A DNA stretch of 64,000 nt from Polyangiales bacterium (lineage in GTDB: Bacteria; Myxococcota_A; Polyangia; Polyangiales; JADJQN01), in assembly GCA_964202905.1 (NCBI GenBank), contig CAXNJO010000004.1, positions 160,001 to 224,000 of the forward strand, read 5' to 3'. The notes under the pieces are model-generated. The model saw only the letters and a list, made by a program, of their open reading frames with translations. It was not told the origin of the DNA and did not search any database. The first letter of the stretch is position 1. The number at the start of each line of letters is the position of its first letter. The position numbers and the translations under genes are program-made. Of this stretch, positions 42,219 through 50,859 are shown in pieces.

Positions 42219-43361
42219 ATGCACTTCGAGCTATCCGAGACGCACCGCAGCATCCGCGACACCGCCCGAGATTTCGCCACCCGGGAGGTCGCCCCCCACG
42301 CCGCGCGCTGGGACAAGGAAGAGCGCTTCCCCGCGGAGATCATGCCCGCCCTCGGCGCGCTCGGCTTCCTCGGCATCCGCATCCCGGAGGACTACGGCGG
42401 CTCCGGGCTCGACACGCTGGCCTACGCCATCATCGTCGAGGAGATCGCGCGCGCAGACGGCTCGCTGGCGCTGACGGTCGCGTCCCACAACGGGCTCGGC
42501 TCGTCGCATCTCTTCACGTTTGGCTCCGAAACCCTGAAGCGGAAGTACGTGCCGCGCCTCGCATCGGGAGAGATCCTCGGCGCCTGGGCCCTCACCGAGC
42601 CCGGCTCGGGGTCCGATGCGGCCGCGCTCGCGACGCGCGCGGTGCGCAGCGGCGACGGCTGGATCATCAACGGCACCAAGATGTTCATCACGCAGGGCTC
42701 GGTCGGCGGCCTGTGCGTGGTGCTCGCGGCGACGTCCCCGGAGAAGAAGCAGCGGGGCATCACCGCCTTCGCCGTCGAGATGGGCACGCCCGGCTTCCGC
42801 GCCTCGAAACACCTCGAAAAGATGGGCATGCGCTCGTCCGACACGGTCGAACTCTCGCTCGAGGACGTGTACGTCCCCGACACGATGCGCATCGGCGAGG
42901 TCGACGGCGGCTTCATCGACACCCTCCAGATCCTCGACCGGGGACGCGTGTCGATCGCGGCGCTCGCGCTCGGACTCGGGGAAGGCGCGCTCGCCGCGGC
43001 CCTGAAGTACGCCAAGGACCGCACCGCGTTCGGCCAACCGATCGCGAACTTTCAGGCGATCCAGTGGATGATCGCGGACGCGCGCACGGAGCTCGACGCG
43101 GCGCGCCTGCTCACGTACCGCGCGGCGGTGCTCGCGGACGGCGGCCAGCGCTACTCCACCGAGGCGTCGATGGCGAAGCTCTACGCGAGCGAGGCCGCGT
43201 CCCGCGCCTGCAACAGCGCCCTGCAGATCCACGGCGGCTACGGGTACACGCGCGAGTTCCCCGTCGAGCGCCACCTGCGCGACGCCAAGCTCTGCGAGAT
43301 CGGCGAGGGCACCAGCGAGGTGCAGCGGATGATCATCGCGCGCAACGTCCTCGGCGCCTAG
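42219..43361 (+). CDS. Acyl-CoA dehydrogenase
   Basis: [37 protein letters not shown]. Confidence 0.95.
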   Translation: MHFELSETHRSIRDTARDFATREVAPHAARWDKEERFPAEIMPALGALGFLGIRIPEDYGGSGLDTLAYAIIVEEIARADGSLALTVASHNGLGSSHLFTFGSETLKRKYVPRLASGEILGAWALTEPGSGSDAAALATRAVRSGDGWIINGTKMFITQGSVGGLCVVLAATSPEKKQRGITAFAVEMGTPGFRASKHLEKMGMRSSDTVELSLEDVYVPDTMRIGEVDGGFIDTLQILDRGRVSIAALALGLGEGALAAALKYAKDRTAFGQPIANFQAIQWMIADARTELDAARLLTYRAAVLADGGQRYSTEASMAKLYASEAASRACNSALQIHGGYGYTREFPVERHLRDAKLCEIGEGTSEVQRMIIARNVLGA

Positions 43362-43406
43362 CGCCGGCTGCGGCCAACGCCTCGCGCGGCGACGCGGACG
43401 CCTCCC

Positions 43407-44054
43407 CTAGGGTCTCCCGCGGCCTCGGCGGCGCGGGCGCCCGCTTGGCCCGTTGCCGCGCACCAACACCTCGACGCGCACGTCCACCACACCGCGCGCG
43501 AGGGCGCCGAGTCGCGTCGCCGCGGCGCGCGACAGATCGACGATGCGCGCCGCATCGCCGAAGGGCCCGCGGTCGTTCACGCGCACCACCACGCTCCGCG
43601 CGTCGTCCCCCGGGCGCACGACCCGCAGCACCGTGCCGAAGGGGAGGGTGCGGTGCGCGCAGGTGTAGGCCTGCGGATCGTAGGGTTCGCCCGTGGCCGT
43701 CGGGCGCCCCGCGAGGCCGTCGTGGTAGTAGCTCGCGCGCCCTGTGAGGACCTCGAGCACGGGCGTGCCACGGTGCGCGGCGTCGAGCGGGTTGTCGCGC
43801 AACCCCGCCACGCTCGTGCCCGCGACGGGGAGCGTCCCTGCGCGGACGAGGGCGGCGTCCGCGGCGGAGAGCGCCGGAGGCGGTGGCTCCGGGGCCTCCT
43901 CGAGGCGGTCCGGCGGCGCCGTCCCGGCACGCACGAGCATGCGCGCGCGCTCGTCGGCGGATCCCCCCCCGCGCACCCCGGTCCCCGCGCACCCCGCGAG
44001 CGCCGCGGCACGACGAGGAGGAGCAACCGCGCAGCACGCAAACTCACTGGCCAT
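43407..44054 (-). CDS. rlpA: RlpA-family lytic transglycosylase (DPBB domain)
   Basis: GRASYY...TATGE...AHRTLPFGT...VRVNDRGPF...IVDLS. Confidence 0.85.
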   Translation of the reverse strand: MASEFACCAVAPPRRAAALAGCAGTGVRGGGSADERARMLVRAGTAPPDRLEEAPEPPPPALSAADAALVRAGTLPVAGTSVAGLRDNPLDAAHRGTPVLEVLTGRASYYHDGLAGRPTATGEPYDPQAYTCAHRTLPFGTVLRVVRPGDDARSVVVRVNDRGPFGDAARIVDLSRAAATRLGALARGVVDVRVEVLVRGNGPSGRPRRRGRGRP

Positions 44055-45645
44055 GCCCGGGCGCGATCAACATGCGCCGGTACGTCGGGTAGTGGAACTG
44101 GTCGCTGTGCTCGTGGTTGTGGCACTGCACGCAGACCGTCTCGGGGACGTCGACGCGCGCGACCGGCACGCCCCCGTCCGCCGCGTGCGCGCTGCCGGGC
44201 CCGTGACACGTCTCGCAGCCGACGTCGACGAGTCCCTCGTGGTGCGTCACGGTCGACCCGCCGGGCTGGTTGTAGCCGGTGACGTGGCAACCGACGCAGC
44301 TCAGGTTGTACTCCTTGTGCAGGCCCGTGAGCGTCGCGTAGGCGCGCCCGTGCGGGGTCGTTCGCCACCACGTGTACTCCGCGGCGTGGCAACTTCGGCA
44401 CGTCTCGGCGCCCACGTAGTGCGGCTGTCCCGGTGCGGGGGGGCGCGGCAGCAGGCCGGCGAACGCGACCTTGTTGTGCGTGTTCACGCGCTCGTCGTAG
44501 CGGTCGACGAGGCGCGCGATCTGCGGCTCGCCGCGCACTTCGGGCCCCAGCTCGACGAAGCGCGCGGCGAAGGCGTTTCCGGTCGTCGTCGGCCGCGTCC
44601 GGAGCGACTCCCGCTCGCGCTCCATCGTGTCGAGGCGCGCGCGCTGCGCGTCGAGATCCGCTTGCGGGTGGCCGCTGCGCGCCCACTCCGTCAGGCGCGC
44701 CCGCAGCGCGGCGATCGACTCCGCGAGACGCGCACGCTCGCGCGTCCGTGTCCACGCGCCGATGTCCGAATAAGGCCCTGCGCCGCGACGGAACACGTCG
44801 ACCACGAGGAGCCCGTGCCCCTGGCGCGCGGCGTTCAGCGTGATGGTGTCTCCGGCGCGGGACGGGACCACTGGCTCGCCCTCCGCGAGCCCGCCCTCGA
44901 CGAGGAAGTCGAGGCCCGGCGTCCCCGTCGCGACGGTGCGCGCGCTCCGCCGCGAGGCGCGCGCGAGCCCGATCACCACGTCGGCCCCCGCGGCCCGCAG
45001 CCGCGCAGCCTCGGTCTGCGCGGCCGCCCGCAAATCCCCGTTCGCCGCGATCCCTTCGGGAATGGCGCCGTTCGGCGCCTCGGGCTCGCTCACCCCGAAC
45101 ACACCGACCTTGAGCGGGCCGAGCGCAAGGAGCACCGGCTCCGCGTGCAGCGGCGCCCCGTCGAACTGAAGATTTGCGGCGAGGAGCGGGAAGCGCGCAG
45201 CCCCCGCGAGGCGACGGAGCGTCGGGACGCCCTGCCGGGCATCGAGCGGCCCCGCGGTGGCGGCGGCGAGGCCGAGGCGCGAGAGGACTTCGACGAGGGT
45301 CTCTGCCTTCCAGCCTTCCTGTGCGCTCGCGTCCGCGCCGCGCACGCTGTGCTCGAGGCCGTCGAACAGGAGATCGCCCGCGTGGACGAAGAGCGTGGGC
45401 GTCCCATCCGCGCGCGCCTCCGCGAGCGCGGTGGCCAGCTTGTCGATCCCGCCGAGCGGGCGCCGCTGGCAGCCACACGGCTCGAGATAGCCCTCGAGAT
45501 CGGTCGCAACCACGAGGCGGAAGGTCGGCCGCGGAAGCCCCTGATCCGTGGGTTCAGGCGGTTCGCCGCCTCCCGTGGAGCCCGACCCGCCGCTGCACGC
45601 GACGAGACAAGCGAGCACGAGCGCGAAGGTGCGCATGCGGAACAT
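44044..45645 (-). CDS. Lipoprotein: UshA/5'-nucleotidase-like N-domain fused to a tetraheme cytochrome c
   Basis: Lipobox LVAC; TDLEGYLEPCGC...GG, HAGDL; four heme motifs CRSCH, CVGCH, CETCH, CVQCH. Confidence 0.85.
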   Translation of the reverse strand: MFRMRTFALVLACLVACSGGSGSTGGGEPPEPTDQGLPRPTFRLVVATDLEGYLEPCGCQRRPLGGIDKLATALAEARADGTPTLFVHAGDLLFDGLEHSVRGADASAQEGWKAETLVEVLSRLGLAAATAGPLDARQGVPTLRRLAGAARFPLLAANLQFDGAPLHAEPVLLALGPLKVGVFGVSEPEAPNGAIPEGIAANGDLRAAAQTEAARLRAAGADVVIGLARASRRSARTVATGTPGLDFLVEGGLAEGEPVVPSRAGDTITLNAARQGHGLLVVDVFRRGAGPYSDIGAWTRTRERARLAESIAALRARLTEWARSGHPQADLDAQRARLDTMERERESLRTRPTTTGNAFAARFVELGPEVRGEPQIARLVDRYDERVNTHNKVAFAGLLPRPPAPGQPHYVGAETCRSCHAAEYTWWRTTPHGRAYATLTGLHKEYNLSCVGCHVTGYNQPGGSTVTHHEGLVDVGCETCHGPGSAHAADGGVPVARVDVPETVCVQCHNHEHSDQFHYPTYRRMLIAPGHGQ

Positions 45646-45714
45646 CGACGCTGTTGTAGCATCGCGCGCGGCGCGCCCACTCCGTCCCCGACGCCCCCGC
45701 ATCCGCCCTCGCGC

Positions 45715-45743
45715 TTGACGAGCCCGCCCGGCGCGGATACCTT
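45715..45743 (+). promoter_or_regulatory. Putative sigma70 promoter of the rpsP operon
   Basis: TTGACG-17 nt-TACCTT. Confidence 0.55.
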
Positions 45744-45836
45744 CCGCCACCCTCCGCACGGGCACCGTCCGCGCGGGCTCCGATTGGCAGTCGCGGTGTC
45801 GCCTCCCGGCACCGCCCGCAGACAGAGGCACTCTCG

Positions 45837-46094
45837 ATGGTCAAGGTCCGCCTGGCGCGCTTCGGTGCGAAGAAGCACCCCTACTACCACATCGTCGTCA
45901 CCGACTCGGACAACCGCCGGGACGGCCGTTTCCTCGAGGAAATCGGCAAGTACGACCCCTCGAAGCCGCCGACGGCCGCCACCCTCGACGAGACGCGCCT
46001 CGCGTACTGGGTCGGCAAGGGCGCCCAGGTGTCCGTCACCGTGTCGCGCGTCGTCCGCCTGAAGAAGGCCGCGACCGCCGCGGCCGCGGGCTGA
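45837..46094 (+). CDS. rpsP: 30S ribosomal protein S16
   Basis: MVKVRLARFGAKKHPYYHIVVTDS...RDGRFLEEIGKYDP. Confidence 0.98.
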   Translation: MVKVRLARFGAKKHPYYHIVVTDSDNRRDGRFLEEIGKYDPSKPPTAATLDETRLAYWVGKGAQVSVTVSRVVRLKKAATAAAAG

Positions 46095-46105
46095 GGCTCT
46101 CCGCG

Positions 46106-46345
46106 ATGGAGCAGATGAAAGACCTCGTCTCGTATCTGGCGCGCTCCCTCGTGGACGAGCCGGAGGCGGTCGAGGTCGTCGCCATCGAGGGCGACCACTC
46201 CATCGTCATCGAGCTCACGGTCGCGCCGGACGATCTAGGCAAGGTCATCGGCAAGGAGGGCCGCACCGCGCGCGCCATCCGCACCTTGCTCGCCGCGACC
46301 TCCGCCAAGCAGCGCAAGCGCGCCGTCCTCGACATCCTCGAGTAG
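46106..46345 (+). CDS. khpA: KH-domain RNA-binding protein
   Basis: DLGKVIGKEGRTARAIRTLL; position between rpsP and rimM. Confidence 0.92.
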   Translation: MEQMKDLVSYLARSLVDEPEAVEVVAIEGDHSIVIELTVAPDDLGKVIGKEGRTARAIRTLLAATSAKQRKRAVLDILE

Positions 46346-46375
46346 ACGGCGCCCGCGCCCGCAGGCCCGGCATTC

Positions 46376-47017
46376 ATGGACAAGAATCCCCCGTCGAAGG
46401 CGGAGGTCCCGCCCGCGTCCGAGGCGCTGGTCACGGTGGGCGTCATCGCGCGCGCGCACGGCCTACGCGGCGAGGTGCGCTGTCACCCGTTGAACCCCGG
46501 GTCCACGCTGCTCGCGGCGCAGCGTTCGCTCGTGTTGCGTGCCGCCGGCGGCGGCCCCGTGCGCACCCTGCGGGTGATTCGCTCCCGGCCTGAGCGGGGT
46601 GCGGTGCTGGCGCTCCTCGAGGGCATCGACACCCGGGAGGCCGCCGAGGCGCTCCGCGGCCTCGAGGTCTGCGTGCCACGCAGCGCCTTCCCCGAGCCCC
46701 GCGCCGACGAGTGGTACGTCGTCGACCTCATCGGACTCGCTGCGCGCACGCCCGAGGGCACGCCGCTCGGCGACGTCGTCGATGTCGTGCAGTACCCGAC
46801 GATCGACTGCCTCCGCGTCCGCAGCGCCGACGGAATACGCGAAGTCCCGATGATCGAGCCGTATTTCCTCGCGGCAGACGTCGCCGGCGGGCACGTCACG
46901 CTCGGGACGCTCGAGGAGCTCGAGGTCGAGGCGCCGCGCGCGCCCCGCGCGAAATCTTCTGGAGCCAGCAAACCCGCCGCGCGGCCTGCGGTGGACGACG
47001 ACGGCCCGCGGGAGTAG
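46376..47017 (+). CDS. rimM: Ribosome maturation factor RimM
   Basis: VGVIARAHGLRGEV, EWYVVDLIGL; synteny. Confidence 0.95.
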   Translation: MDKNPPSKAEVPPASEALVTVGVIARAHGLRGEVRCHPLNPGSTLLAAQRSLVLRAAGGGPVRTLRVIRSRPERGAVLALLEGIDTREAAEALRGLEVCVPRSAFPEPRADEWYVVDLIGLAARTPEGTPLGDVVDVVQYPTIDCLRVRSADGIREVPMIEPYFLAADVAGGHVTLGTLEELEVEAPRAPRAKSSGASKPAARPAVDDDGPRE

Positions 47018-47021
47018 CAGC

Positions 47022-47834
47022 GTGCGCTTCGACGTCGTCACGCTGTTCCCCGAGCTTTTCGGGCCCTTCCTCGAGCTTGCACTGGTCGGCAAGGCCGCAC
47101 GGGCCGGGACGATCCGCGTGCGCTTCCAGTCGCCGCGCGACTTCGGCGTCGACAAGCACGGCAGCACCGACGACACCCCGTACGGAGGCGGGCACGGGAT
47201 GGTCATGCGCCCGGGGCCGATCGTCGACGCCCTCGAGACGCTCGACGCGTCACGCGCTCCCGACGAAGCGCGTGCGCATCGCGTGCTCTTGAGCCCTCAG
47301 GGGGCGCCGTTCACGCAGGCGACCGCCCGCCGGTTCGCCCGGCTCTGCTCCGGCGATGACGGCGGCGCAGGCGTGGGGAAGGGCGCGCTCGCCCTCGTGT
47401 GTGGCCGCTACGAGGGCTTCGACGAGCGCGTCCGCGCCTTCGTCGATGAGGAGATCTCCGTGGGAGACTTCGTGATGACCGGCGGCGAGGTCGCCGCGAT
47501 GTGCGTCATCGAGGCGACGGCGCGCCTCGTCCCCGGGGTCCTCGGGAACCTCGCGTCGACGGACGACGAGTCGCACGCCGACGGGTTGCTCGAGTACCCG
47601 CAGTACACGCGGCCGCCCGAGTTCCGTGGGATGCCCGTGCCGGCCATCCTGCTCTCCGGCGACCACGCCAAGATCGCCCGCTGGCGCCGCGACGAGTCGC
47701 TGCGGCGCACGCACACGCGTCGTCCCGACCTGTGGCGCGCGGCCGCTGCGACGGAGGACGAGCGCGCGCGGATCGAGGGACGCGAGCCCCCGCCGCCCCC
47801 ACCTGGCCGACGTCGCGCGCGGAGGTCCCCGTGA
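47022..47834 (+). CDS. trmD: tRNA (guanine37-N1)-methyltransferase
   Basis: DDTPYGGGHGMVM, CGRYEGFDER, SVGDFVMTGGE, LEYPQYTRP. Confidence 0.98.
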   Translation: MRFDVVTLFPELFGPFLELALVGKAARAGTIRVRFQSPRDFGVDKHGSTDDTPYGGGHGMVMRPGPIVDALETLDASRAPDEARAHRVLLSPQGAPFTQATARRFARLCSGDDGGAGVGKGALALVCGRYEGFDERVRAFVDEEISVGDFVMTGGEVAAMCVIEATARLVPGVLGNLASTDDESHADGLLEYPQYTRPPEFRGMPVPAILLSGDHAKIARWRRDESLRRTHTRRPDLWRAAAATEDERARIEGREPPPPPPGRRRARRSP

Positions 47835-48397
47835 GCGCCCCGGCCGTCTACAGCGCGCTCGTTCACTTCCCGGTTCGCGATCGCGCCGGGGACGCGGTCG
47901 CGAGCGCCGTGACCAACATCGACGTCCACGATCTCGCCCGCTCGGCGCGGACGTACGGGCTCCGCGGCTTCTACGTCGTCACGCCGATCACCGCACAACG
48001 GGCGATCGTCGCGCGCATCCTCGAACATTGGGAGAGCCCGGGCGGCGTCCGTCGCATGCCGGAGCGCGGGCAGGCGCTCTCCATCTGCGAATCCGCCGCC
48101 TCGGTCGACGAGGTCCTCGCGCGGATCGCCGAGCGCGAGGGCGCGCCTCCGCGCATCGTCACCACGAGCGCCCGGCGGGACGAGGGCAGGCCCGTGCACT
48201 CCTACGAGGAAGAGCGTGCTGCGATGTCGGCGGCGGGGCGCCCGACCCTCATCCTCTTCGGGACCGGGCACGGGCTTCACCCGGCGCTCGTCGCGCGTTC
48301 GGAGGCCCTCCTCGCGCCGATCCGCCCGGGCTCCTACAACCACCTGAGCGTGCGGGCCGCCGCCGCGATCACGCTCGACCGTCTGTTCGGCGACTAG
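47831..48397 (+). CDS. TrmD-associated SPOUT-type RNA methyltransferase
   Basis: ALVHFPV, AVTNIDVHDLARSARTYG, LFGTGHGL, YNHLSVRAAAAITLDRL. Confidence 0.85.
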   Translation: MSAPAVYSALVHFPVRDRAGDAVASAVTNIDVHDLARSARTYGLRGFYVVTPITAQRAIVARILEHWESPGGVRRMPERGQALSICESAASVDEVLARIAEREGAPPRIVTTSARRDEGRPVHSYEEERAAMSAAGRPTLILFGTGHGLHPALVARSEALLAPIRPGSYNHLSVRAAAAITLDRLFGD

Positions 48398-48409
48398 GCG
48401 GGTCGTCGG

Positions 48410-48874
48410 CTAGACGGCCGCCCCCGCGATCGCCGACAAGGCCTTCTGCACGTCGGCGACGTGCCGACCGATCAACAGCTCGTGGTGAAACACGCCGCGA
48501 ACGAGGCCGTCCGGCGCGATGACGTAGGTGACGCGCCGCACGCCGAGGCCGAACGCCCGCGTCGCCTGGAAACGTTTCGCCAGCGCGCCAGCCGGATCCG
48601 CGATGAGCGTGAAGGGCAGGCCGTGCTTGTCCGCGAAGCGCTTGTGCGAGGCCTCGTCGTCGACGCTGACACCCACGATCGTCGCGCCCCGCGCGTCGAG
48701 GTCCGCGAAGGCGTCGCGGAAGTTGCACGCCTCGATCGTGCAACCGGGCGTGAAGTCGCGCGGGTAGAAGTAGAGGACCACGGGGCCCCTCGCCAGGAGC
48801 GCATGGGAGTCGACCTCTCGCCCGTCCTGGTCACGACCGCTGAATTCGGGGGCTTTCTCGCCGACCTGGAGCAT
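48410..48874 (-). CDS. bcp: Peroxiredoxin, BCP/PrxQ family
   Basis: [22 protein letters not shown]. Confidence 0.92.
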   Translation of the reverse strand: MLQVGEKAPEFSGRDQDGREVDSHALLARGPVVLYFYPRDFTPGCTIEACNFRDAFADLDARGATIVGVSVDDEASHKRFADKHGLPFTLIADPAGALAKRFQATRAFGLGVRRVTYVIAPDGLVRGVFHHELLIGRHVADVQKALSAIAGAAV

Positions 48875-49055
48875 GGGACGGAGTTGGGTCCGGCCACGAC
48901 GCTGCGCAAGGCGTGCCCCGGCAAGCCCCGCGCGGGGCATCCGCGAGCGCGCAATCGAAGCCCGCGCGTTGACGCCTCGGGAGGTGCGTGATAATTCTCC
49001 GCCCCTTCCCGCGAGAGGCTGTCAGTCCCTCTCCCGCTTCCGGAGTGAGAACGTC

Positions 49056-49439
49056 ATGGGTAGCAGCGTCCCCCAGATCGAAGCCATCGAGCGTGCGCAG
49101 TTCCGCCAGCTCCCCGAGTTCCGCGTCGGTGACACCATCAAGGTGCACTACCGCATCCGCGAGGGAGAGAAGGAGCGCATCCAGATCTTCCAGGGGCTGG
49201 TGATCCGCAAGTCGCGCGGCGGCGTCGGCACCACCTTCTGCGTCCGCAAGGTGAGCTACAGCGTCGGGGTCGAGCGCGTCTTCCCGCTCCACTCGCCCCG
49301 CATCGAGACGATCGAGGTCACCAGCCGCGGCCGCGTCCGTCGCTCGCGCCTCTACTATCTTCGCGACCTCGAGGGCAAGAAGGCCCGCCTCAAGGAGCGC
49401 GCCGCCCCGACGGCACAGGCTGTCGCCGCCGCGACCTGA
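49056..49439 (+). CDS. rplS: 50S ribosomal protein L19
   Basis: [12 protein letters not shown]...[10 protein letters not shown]...[11 protein letters not shown]...RRSRLYYLR. Confidence 0.98.
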   Translation: MGSSVPQIEAIERAQFRQLPEFRVGDTIKVHYRIREGEKERIQIFQGLVIRKSRGGVGTTFCVRKVSYSVGVERVFPLHSPRIETIEVTSRGRVRRSRLYYLRDLEGKKARLKERAAPTAQAVAAAT

Positions 49440-49463
49440 GCGACAGGTCGGCCCGATGGAATG

Positions 49464-49500
49464 CGAGGCGGGTCCCCCCGGGGGCTCGCCTCGTTTCGTT
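49464..49500 (+). terminator. Rho-independent terminator after rplS
   Basis: CGAGGCGGGTCCC-CCCG-GGGGCTCGCCTCG stem-loop followed by TTTCGTT. Confidence 0.65.
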
Positions 49501-49647
49501 GGTATGCCGCCAAGTCGCGGCGAAGGAGCGCCACAGCGTCTGCCCGCTGCGGCGCGAAACCCGGCGAGAACGACACCCACGAGCGACGCTCTCCGGCCGC
49601 CGTGCAGCGCTGACGCCGCACCGCACATCCGGCTGGCGCGCCGCGTC

Positions 49648-50451
49648 CTAGCCGAGCACGCGCAGCAATTCGTTGAGCGAGCCGGTGCGGTAGCCCGCGA
49701 GGTCGAGCGTGACGAACGTGTACCCGACGCGCTTCCCGACCGCGACGATGGCGTCGCGCTGCATGAAGGCGCTCTCGAGCTCGGCACGCGAGACCTCGAT
49801 GCGCGCCAGCTCGCCGTGGTGCCGGACGCGCACCTGACGCAGACCGAGATCTTTGAGAGCGTCCTCGAGCGCGCCGATCTGTGCGAGACGTTCGCGCGTG
49901 ACGGGCGTGCCGTAGGGGATGCGCGAGCTCAGGCATGCCGAGGCCGGCTTGTCCCAGACGTCCATGCCGAGCGAGCGCGCGAGCTCGCGCACCTCGGCCT
50001 TGCTCAACCCCGCCTCGACGAGCGGGCTGCGCACCCCGGCCTCACGCGCCGCCTCGAGACCGGGGCGGTAGTCACCGAGGTCGTCCGTGTTCGTGCCGTT
50101 GACGACCACCGCGAGGCCGAGCGTCTCGCGCTGGCGGGCCGTCGTCCGGTAGAGCTCGGACTTGCAGAAAAAGCAGCGATTCTGAGGGTTTGCCGCGTAG
50201 TTTGGGTCGCTCAGCTCGTCGGTGGCGACGACGACGTGCCGCGCGCCGAGCGCCTGCGCGATCCGCTCGGCGTCGAGGCGTTCGCGTTCGGGCAGCGAGG
50301 GGCTCACGGCGGTGAGGCCGACGGCCCGCTCGCCGAGCACGTCCGTCGCCACCTTCAGCACGAAGGCGCTGTCGAGACCGCCGCTGTACGCGACGAGGAC
50401 CGAGCCCATCTCGGAGACGATCTGTCGGAGTTGCGCGAGCTTGTCGGACAT
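49648..50451 (-). CDS. larE: LarE-family ATP-dependent sulfur transferase
   Basis: VAYSGGLDS PP-loop, RCFFCK, DYRPG, KPASACLSSRIPYG, VRVRHHG. Confidence 0.92.
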   Translation of the reverse strand: MSDKLAQLRQIVSEMGSVLVAYSGGLDSAFVLKVATDVLGERAVGLTAVSPSLPERERLDAERIAQALGARHVVVATDELSDPNYAANPQNRCFFCKSELYRTTARQRETLGLAVVVNGTNTDDLGDYRPGLEAAREAGVRSPLVEAGLSKAEVRELARSLGMDVWDKPASACLSSRIPYGTPVTRERLAQIGALEDALKDLGLRQVRVRHHGELARIEVSRAELESAFMQRDAIVAVGKRVGYTFVTLDLAGYRTGSLNELLRVLG

Positions 50452-50517
50452 GGGCCGCGCTTCTAGCGCCCGGCCTCCGGCGCGACAAGCCAGCCTGCTC
50501 GGACTGCGCGCACGCGT

Positions 50518-50859
50518 TCAGAGCGAGGGGATGAACGGTGCCTTGCCGGTCGAGGGGGTCTCGTAGGTCTTCTCGCTGCCATCTCGCAGGCGGATCTTCC
50601 AGAGCGTCTTGTGCTTCATCGCGCGGCCCTTGAGTTTCACGCCGCGCACCACGACGCTCGCCGGGAGCTGCATGTGAATGGCCTGCGTGGGGCAGACCTT
50701 GACGCACGCCGCGCAGTCCCAGCACTCGCGGTTGTCGCGGATCGCGGCCTTGCCGTTGGCCTTCAGGATCATGAGATCGCCGGGGCAATCGCGGACGCAC
50801 ATGGGCTCTTCCGCCGTCCCGCAGCCGTTGCACGCGCGCTCGTCGACGAAGATTCCCAT
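50518..50859 (-). CDS. aprB: Adenylylsulfate reductase beta-like 2x[4Fe-4S] ferredoxin
   Basis: CNGC...CVRDCPGDL and CWDCAACVKVCP; W-x-I...G-x-x-K tail; coupled to aprA. Confidence 0.8.
   Translation of the reverse strand: MGIFVDERACNGCGTAEEPMCVRDCPGDLMILKANGKAAIRDNRECWDCAACVKVCPTQAIHMQLPASVVVRGVKLKGRAMKHKTLWKIRLRDGSEKTYETPSTGKAPFIPSL

Noticed and set aside
45465..45480. Possible selenocysteine at the CGC motif
   Set aside because: Codons are TGT GGC TGC; there is no in-frame TGA.
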